IMG/VR virus record: IMGVR_UViG_3300043422_000045
Coordinates: 1 to 64,000 of that record
Reading direction: 5' to 3' (one strand)
DNA: 64,000 nucleotides
From: a virus
Taxonomy: Duplodnaviria; Caudoviricetes
The notes beneath the pieces were generated by a model, which had not been told where the DNA came from, did no database searches, and was given only the letters and a program-made list of their open reading frames with translations. Shown here piece after piece: positions 58,206 through 64,000 of this stretch; positions within the stretch are counted from its first letter, which is position 1; each line of letters begins with the position of its first letter. Made by a program: the position numbers and the translations under genes.

Positions 58206-60476
58206 ATGAATTTAAAACAAATATTCGTAATTGACACCGATAACGAGAAGTTAGACAAGGTTAATTATAACTTCGATCAGATTATTGCAAACGGAGCAGG
58301 CCCAATGGGTGCTCAAGGTGCAATAGGTGCTCAAGGTTTTACTGGTTTGACAGGTGATCAAGGACCTCAGGGTGCACAAGGACCACAAGGTGCTCAAGGA
58401 CCTTCAGGTAATGATGGCGATACTTCGTGGAAAATAAATGAAGGTACAAATAACGTAACTCTTGTACCTATTCATGATGATTCAGTATATACAAATCCAC
58501 CTTCTATTATAATAGGTATTGATAAAGCAGATCCAAGATATAATGATGTTTTGACAGACGCTACTTTGTGGATTCATAGAAAATCTAGTGTTTTCAACGA
58601 TAACTTTCAATTGACTGACGATAGTAGTGGTTCTACAAAAGTTTCTTTTAGATTATTTAAAAGTGCAGGCGTTGTTAAATATGCAGAAGGATTCTTTTCA
58701 GGCGGTGGAGCTATAAGATATGTTGCTGATAAATTTATTTACAAAAATGCAACTACTGAATTTGCTAATTTAAGTGCAACACAATTTAATGTCAAAGTAC
58801 CTTCTTTATTTGAAGGTAATTCTGAATTTAAAGGAGCTAATTTAAAAATCAATGTTGGTTCTCCAGCTGTTGATAAACTTTTAACGTCAACCGATAACCA
58901 AGGTACAGTTGCTTGGAAATCTATTACAGAGATACAGGCCGGTGTTCCAGTTGGAACTATAGTTCCAATTTTATCTTCTATTTTCAATGATTCAAATAAT
59001 TTTGATAAAGGTTTTAATTTGCCAAACTCTACTTCACCATTAGAAGTTTATTTTGGTAGAGGTAAAAATAATTATAGAGGATGGTACTTATGCCATGGTG
59101 AAAACTGGATTAAACCTAACACATCTAATACATATACTGTTCCAGATTTATCTTCTTTTACATATCATATCGATGCCAATCCCTCTGGAGCTGGTCAAGG
59201 TGTTGCCGGTAAAACAGATAATGTACAAACTATTGTAGGTGGAAGTGACATGTCAATGACGGCTGTTTTTGCAGGTGGACAATATAGTATCACATCATCG
59301 TTTGACACATCGTCAGTTTCTATATACAATCCAAGTTCAGGTGGAACTCAACTTGAAATGCAAAGATTTATATACGTTGTATTTTTAGGAGAAGATAATT
59401 TGTATTGGCAAGATAATGGAACAATATCAGGTAATAATTCTGATTTAGTATTTAATAACGTAACTTTTAAATATGCAGATAACAATGTAATAACGCCAAC
59501 ACAAACACTTATTCCTTCCAATTTAGGATCTTCTAGTTCTGGCGGAACTGCAATGGGTACACTAGTAGTACCAGGAAATAATCCATCATACAATGATTGG
59601 AATTCTGTTTATAATTCAGGTTCATGGACACAATCTACTTTAGATAATGCTTGGAAAAATCCAAGTTTACAATATTGGACAGGAGCCGCAGGAGAAGATG
59701 TTAAATTATATACAGATACAAATTTAAATTCATTCGTTCCTCAAGGAACTTGGATTAAAAATAGCTATTTAAGATTTGTTAAATCTTCAGATGGTAAAGT
59801 ATTTGACAACGGCACAGGATTTCAAGAAGGAGATGATGCTATGACAATATTAGTAGTTAGTAATACACACTCTAATGGTAGTACTGCAGCAACTTCTTTG
59901 ATAAATACCAATTTTACTTTAAATTCAAATGTTACATCGCCAACATGGAAAGGATCAGCAACTTACGCATATCAATGGCAAATTAGTACAGATAATACAA
60001 CGTGGTCTGACATTTCAGGCGCTACATCGGCTAGTTTAACAACTACTCAAGCTGGAACAGGTACTGTTTATTATAGAGTAACTGCAAAAATAAATGAGTC
60101 TGGAACTAATGGCGTTGGTAAATCTTTTTATGCGACTACGCCAATTATAATGACATTTTTAGGTAATACAATTTCTGGAAATACAGTAGTGAATTGTTCT
60201 ACACCAACAGTTGCAACTGGTTACATTACGATTAATGTTGCGCCTGCTACTATAAAATACTCAACAATAGGTGGATATTCATCTAATAATTGTTTTTGCG
60301 ATAGTTCTTTAGATATTCAAAATGTTGGATCTTATTCTACTTATAAATCAAATCAACAACAAGATGAACAGCTAATAACAATATCAAGCGTTGGAACTTA
60401 TTCATTCACATTAAATGCAATAGGGCCAGTATGTGGTACATGTGGAAGCTGGGACACTAGAATTCAATTACAATAA
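58206..60476 (+). CDS. Tail fibre protein paralogue (collagen, collar, Ig-like)
   Basis: KVNYNFDQI, Gly-X-Y, VPVGTIVP...GWYLCHG...VPDLS; TYAYQWQ.S...WSDISGAT...YYRV Ig-like domain. Confidence 0.75.
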   Translation: MNLKQIFVIDTDNEKLDKVNYNFDQIIANGAGPMGAQGAIGAQGFTGLTGDQGPQGAQGPQGAQGPSGNDGDTSWKINEGTNNVTLVPIHDDSVYTNPPSIIIGIDKADPRYNDVLTDATLWIHRKSSVFNDNFQLTDDSSGSTKVSFRLFKSAGVVKYAEGFFSGGGAIRYVADKFIYKNATTEFANLSATQFNVKVPSLFEGNSEFKGANLKINVGSPAVDKLLTSTDNQGTVAWKSITEIQAGVPVGTIVPILSSIFNDSNNFDKGFNLPNSTSPLEVYFGRGKNNYRGWYLCHGENWIKPNTSNTYTVPDLSSFTYHIDANPSGAGQGVAGKTDNVQTIVGGSDMSMTAVFAGGQYSITSSFDTSSVSIYNPSSGGTQLEMQRFIYVVFLGEDNLYWQDNGTISGNNSDLVFNNVTFKYADNNVITPTQTLIPSNLGSSSSGGTAMGTLVVPGNNPSYNDWNSVYNSGSWTQSTLDNAWKNPSLQYWTGAAGEDVKLYTDTNLNSFVPQGTWIKNSYLRFVKSSDGKVFDNGTGFQEGDDAMTILVVSNTHSNGSTAATSLINTNFTLNSNVTSPTWKGSATYAYQWQISTDNTTWSDISGATSASLTTTQAGTGTVYYRVTAKINESGTNGVGKSFYATTPIIMTFLGNTISGNTVVNCSTPTVATGYITINVAPATIKYSTIGGYSSNNCFCDSSLDIQNVGSYSTYKSNQQQDEQLITISSVGTYSFTLNAIGPVCGTCGSWDTRIQLQ

Positions 60477-60488
60477 AATTTAATTAAA

Positions 60489-61319
60489 ATGAACTTTATT
60501 AATTCGATCTATAATTTTTTAAAAGGCTTAAATAAGAATACTATTATTTTTATTTTAGGAGCTTTATTTGTCTTATTGTTTTTAAAACAATGTAATGATA
60601 AAACAAATCTAAAGGCTGAATTAAATCAAGTTAAAATTGAAGCTGAAAGATCTCATAATAATTATGTAGCTGCTCAAGATACTATCAAATATTATAGAGC
60701 TGAAAACGGCGGCTTAATAGCAGAAAAAAGAGCCTTTGTTTTTACTCAAGATGAATTTGAAAAAAACTATAAAGATCTTAAAGCTGAATATACAAGTGCT
60801 TTAAACTTAGGTAAAAACTTGAGTAAGCAAAATGTTTTACTAAAATCACAGATAGAGATTTTATCTACTATTAAACCAGCCGGTACAGTAGCTCAGCTTA
60901 ACGATTCATCTACGTTTATTAATTTTACTAAGTTTGATGATTTTGGAATGGGTAATTCTAGAACATTTACAGGTAAAGCTAAGATTTTATATTTTGATAA
61001 AAAATTCTTATTAGATAGTACGCAAACTCAATTTGATATTAAGCAAAACATAAATTTATATGTATCTATAGATGAATCCAACGGATATAAGCAAGTTAAA
61101 ATGGCATCTTCATACCCAGGTTTAAATGTCTTAGATATTGAAAATATAAATTTGATAAATAATAAACTGAATGAAGCTCCTAAAAAGAGAGATCGTTGGG
61201 TTATGGGAGTTGGAGTTGGTTATGGCGTTTCATTAGTAAACGGATCAACTTTAAGTTTATCACCATGGATTGGCGCATCTTTACTATGGACACCTAAATG
61301 GTTACAATTCGGAAAATAA
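60489..61319 (+). CDS. Membrane-anchored coiled-coil protein, possible spanin-like lysis protein
   Basis: N-terminal TM (IIFILGALFVLLFL-KQC), coiled coil, and C-terminal amphipathic RWVMGVGVGYG...PWIGASLLW. Confidence 0.45.
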   Translation: MNFINSIYNFLKGLNKNTIIFILGALFVLLFLKQCNDKTNLKAELNQVKIEAERSHNNYVAAQDTIKYYRAENGGLIAEKRAFVFTQDEFEKNYKDLKAEYTSALNLGKNLSKQNVLLKSQIEILSTIKPAGTVAQLNDSSTFINFTKFDDFGMGNSRTFTGKAKILYFDKKFLLDSTQTQFDIKQNINLYVSIDESNGYKQVKMASSYPGLNVLDIENINLINNKLNEAPKKRDRWVMGVGVGYGVSLVNGSTLSLSPWIGASLLWTPKWLQFGK

Positions 61320-61331
61320 TAAATAATATAA

Positions 61332-63377
61332 ATGGCTAGATCATCAAAATTTTTAAGATTAGATAAAGACGTATTGCTGGAATTCATTTACCACGATCAG
61401 TCTAATCCTGCTTTGTCTACTATTGAAACTGATAATAATGGAAGCCATATTAAATTTTTAAATACGGTTGACGGAGATAATACAGCGCCAAGATACTTAA
61501 TTCACGAATTAGGTGGAGATGTTGTTAATTTTACTGTAGATATTTCAGGTATTTACATTGCAGTAAACAATTTTTCTAGAAGAGAATTACAATTACAAAA
61601 TGGCAAAACTTACGAGTTTGATTTATCTAATTTGGCAATACCTTCTAATTTTTCTATTAATGCAGGTGGTAGTTTTACTATAATTGGCTCTAAAGCTATT
61701 TATGTTCCTAATACAAATGGAACTTATTCATATTCATATAATGATAATGGTATCACTTATAACGGTGGTTCAATTGTAGTAAGTGATAAAGCTAATCCTT
61801 TATTTGCAACGCCAGATCAAGAAACTGGAAATACAATTAAAACCGGAACTGGTGAAGTTGGTAGATACTACGCAGTAGAATATAACACTGACGGAACTAA
61901 ATTTGCATTATTAGACAATACTTTAGGTTACTTAGCTACTCAAAATTGGAATGGTAGTACATCTATTTCTAATGAAGTTATTGCAAGTAATTTAGTTAAC
62001 TACGATACTATAAGATTGCACTTAAGAACTGGATTTTCATTCTCTAATAGAGGATATGAAGGTTTCTTATTTCAAGTAAAAGCTAAAAGAAATTCAGGTG
62101 TTTACAATTACTTTACTTCTTTAGCATATTTAAATTATTCAAACTACGAACTTCAAAATCCAACACCTTTTGTTTTAGGAGGAGTTGCATTTTCTAAATT
62201 CATTGAAGTTAAAGTACCTTCATTAGTTGACATGTATGATAATACATTAAACTTAGATTTTGAAGAAGCATTCTTTGGAACTCAAGGTACACAAGATGCT
62301 TTAAATCCTACTTCTAATTATGAAATAGTTTTTAAATTAATCGATAGTGTTTATGAAGTTAATAATGTAAAATATGTAGATGCTGCCGAAGTTCTATTAG
62401 TTACATTAGCTCAAGAAGATGAATATCAAGATATTTCAGCTGTTATTGAAGAAGCAGCTGACGGAGATTACTTTAAAATCTATGGATTAAAAGATGGATC
62501 TATTGATAATTTTGCTAGATATGTAAATCTAAGACATCAAACTTCAGGAGATGACATTACAGTATTTCATGATATAGAAGTTTTAGAACAATCTGGAAAT
62601 ACATTTAATCAAACTTCAAATGTAACTTATGCCCAAGTTGATAATTTAGACAAGCCTATTTTATTTAGACCTATTATACAATCTGCTAATATATCAAATT
62701 CTTTTTTAATTAATTATACATTAAGAATTTACAACGAAACAGATAATACTCAAATCGTAAAGCAAGCTTCTTTAATTTATAAGAAACCTAGCAAGTACGC
62801 TAAGAGAATGATTCAATTGAATAATGTTTTAGCAACTACTAAAGTTTACAATAAAATTGCTAGCACAGCTGCAAGTTCTTCTATTAATAATTTTGTTAAT
62901 TCTATTAGACCTTCAGTTGGCGAAACTAAATATGTACCAGTTGCAGTGAATACAACTAACATTAATGTATCAAGCACGAACGTACAATTAGATGGAGCAA
63001 ATGTAACTGCTTTAAATAATATGACATATTATGGAATGGGTCAGGGCTCTATAACGCTTTCTAAAGTTTCAGATAATTTTATCAAGTTTAGAATTGCACA
63101 ATTAGAAGCTGATACTTTAAAAGAAGTTTCATTGGTAAATGCTGAACAAATAGAATTGATATTAAAAAGTGGAAACATCGAACAAATCATATATGCAGAT
63201 CCTACATTTCCAAATGTAGATATGGGTAAAGGTGAAGTTTTATTTAAAATTGATAAATCTGTTGCAACAAGATTTGATCAACCAGATGCTAATATAGCAA
63301 GCGATACATTTTACATAAATATTAAAAACGGTTCAACATCATCTATGTTGTATCATGGAACAGTAAACATCATATAA
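61332..63377 (+). CDS. Hypothetical structural protein (681 aa)
   Basis: Long beta-rich ORF coupled to the tube-fold gene. Confidence 0.55.
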   Translation: MARSSKFLRLDKDVLLEFIYHDQSNPALSTIETDNNGSHIKFLNTVDGDNTAPRYLIHELGGDVVNFTVDISGIYIAVNNFSRRELQLQNGKTYEFDLSNLAIPSNFSINAGGSFTIIGSKAIYVPNTNGTYSYSYNDNGITYNGGSIVVSDKANPLFATPDQETGNTIKTGTGEVGRYYAVEYNTDGTKFALLDNTLGYLATQNWNGSTSISNEVIASNLVNYDTIRLHLRTGFSFSNRGYEGFLFQVKAKRNSGVYNYFTSLAYLNYSNYELQNPTPFVLGGVAFSKFIEVKVPSLVDMYDNTLNLDFEEAFFGTQGTQDALNPTSNYEIVFKLIDSVYEVNNVKYVDAAEVLLVTLAQEDEYQDISAVIEEAADGDYFKIYGLKDGSIDNFARYVNLRHQTSGDDITVFHDIEVLEQSGNTFNQTSNVTYAQVDNLDKPILFRPIIQSANISNSFLINYTLRIYNETDNTQIVKQASLIYKKPSKYAKRMIQLNNVLATTKVYNKIASTAASSSINNFVNSIRPSVGETKYVPVAVNTTNINVSSTNVQLDGANVTALNNMTYYGMGQGSITLSKVSDNFIKFRIAQLEADTLKEVSLVNAEQIELILKSGNIEQIIYADPTFPNVDMGKGEVLFKIDKSVATRFDQPDANIASDTFYINIKNGSTSSMLYHGTVNII

Positions 63378-63928
63378 TGATTTTAAATAGTAGAAACAAT
63401 TTATTTAACTTTAAGTTACCTAGGACTTTTATTCCTAAGGAAGTTGCTGACAAATATAAAAAATATTTGAACAGAATTCCTGGTAATTTAATAACTGAGC
63501 CTATTGACTTTGTTAATTATTCTATTCAAGGTATCAATTTACCTGGTTTAAGTTTTGATCCTATTAGTCAAAATAATAATGATGGTACCACTAGATATTT
63601 TAGAGGAGCAATACCTATTCAAAATGTAATTGACAGAACATTTACAATTAAGATGCAAATGTTAGATGGATATATTAACTATTGGATTATGCAAGACACT
63701 CTTTTGTATTATTATTCAAAAGCTGTTAAAGAACCATATACTTCTGATTTAAAATTACAAATCATGGATGCAGAAGGAATTCATTTAGTTTCTGCAGTGT
63801 TTGAAAAACCAATATTACACCAAATTTCAGAGATTGATCTAAATATGAGTTCTAACATTGCTGAGTTTGATACTTTCGAATTATCATTCACGTATAATAA
63901 ATTTAATATCGAACTAGAAATAGACTAA
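63377..63928 (+). CDS. Tail-tube-fold protein (gp3/gp19-like)
   Basis: IQGINLPGLSF, TFTIKMQM.D...NYW and FDTFELSFTYNKF pattern. Confidence 0.6.
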   Translation: MILNSRNNLFNFKLPRTFIPKEVADKYKKYLNRIPGNLITEPIDFVNYSIQGINLPGLSFDPISQNNNDGTTRYFRGAIPIQNVIDRTFTIKMQMLDGYINYWIMQDTLLYYYSKAVKEPYTSDLKLQIMDAEGIHLVSAVFEKPILHQISEIDLNMSSNIAEFDTFELSFTYNKFNIELEID

Positions 63929-63938
63929 TATATAGGAT

Positions 63939-64000
63939 ATGAAAACATTTGTACAACACTTAGAAGAGCAAAAAGTAACCGGTTCAGAATGGACTTTATT
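63939..64000 (+). CDS. 3'-truncated protein with capsid-targeting-like N-terminus
   Basis: ATG 63939 reads MKTFVQHLEEQKVTGSEWTL... to the window end; late motif 4 nt upstream. Confidence 0.6.
   Translation, partial: MKTFVQHLEEQKVTGSEWTL

Noticed and set aside
56030-60476. Diversity-generating retroelement or invertible tip switching for the fibre pair
   Set aside because: No reverse transcriptase, invertase or adenine-variant repeat pair seen in the window.
1-64000. Stop-codon reassignment as in some Bacteroidota jumbo phages
   Set aside because: Genes are full length and tightly packed in code 11; TAG (33593, 37369, 44875) and TGA (25729, 58159) act as real ends.
1-64000. Bacterial chromosome, prophage or contractile injection system rather than lytic phage
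   Set aside because: bS21, bS1 and dnaJ are out of bacterial operon context; T4-like neck gene and late motifs present; no integrase seen in this window.

Overview
64 kb of an AT-rich, gene-dense jumbo myophage genome with a T4-like structural gene set. All genes but one are on the + strand, and the standard code 11 fits. The host is probably a Bacteroidota, inferred from Bacteroidota-style bS21 and bS1, SD-less A-rich start contexts and TAnnTTTG-like promoters. Layout: (1) 1-13.5 kb, a fibre/decoration cluster with two nearly proline-free Ser/Thr-rich Gly-X-Y proteins, an 867-aa repeat coiled coil, three glycosyltransferase genes, a 2OG-Fe(II) oxygenase and a J-domain gene. (2) 13.5-26.3 kb, host-takeover, proteostasis and DNA-metabolism genes (ATP-grasp ligase, 3'-5' exonuclease, Hsp20, DnaJ, bS21, PhoH, RNase HII, UvsE, dCMP deaminase). 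(3) 26.3-64 kb, baseplate, neck and tail genes (gp53-, hub-, two gp5-, gp13-, gp25-, gp6-, gp7-like, tail fibres, tube-fold protein), interrupted by ribosomal protein bS1 and an amidoligase. The intergenic DNA shows three fixed-geometry promoter classes: ATTTTTT-N18-TATATTTAC, RAACAA-N15-TATAA and RATAWATA. Several late genes appear leaderless, and start-codon-occluding hairpins with an embedded promoter sit at junctions between classes. The two best candidate systems are a phage translation-control system (bS21, bS1, RimK-like ligase, leaderless mRNAs, gating hairpins) and a self-encoded virion-fibre glycosylation system. All family assignments are by motif recognition by eye; no database search was run. 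No tRNA, rRNA or CRISPR array was seen.
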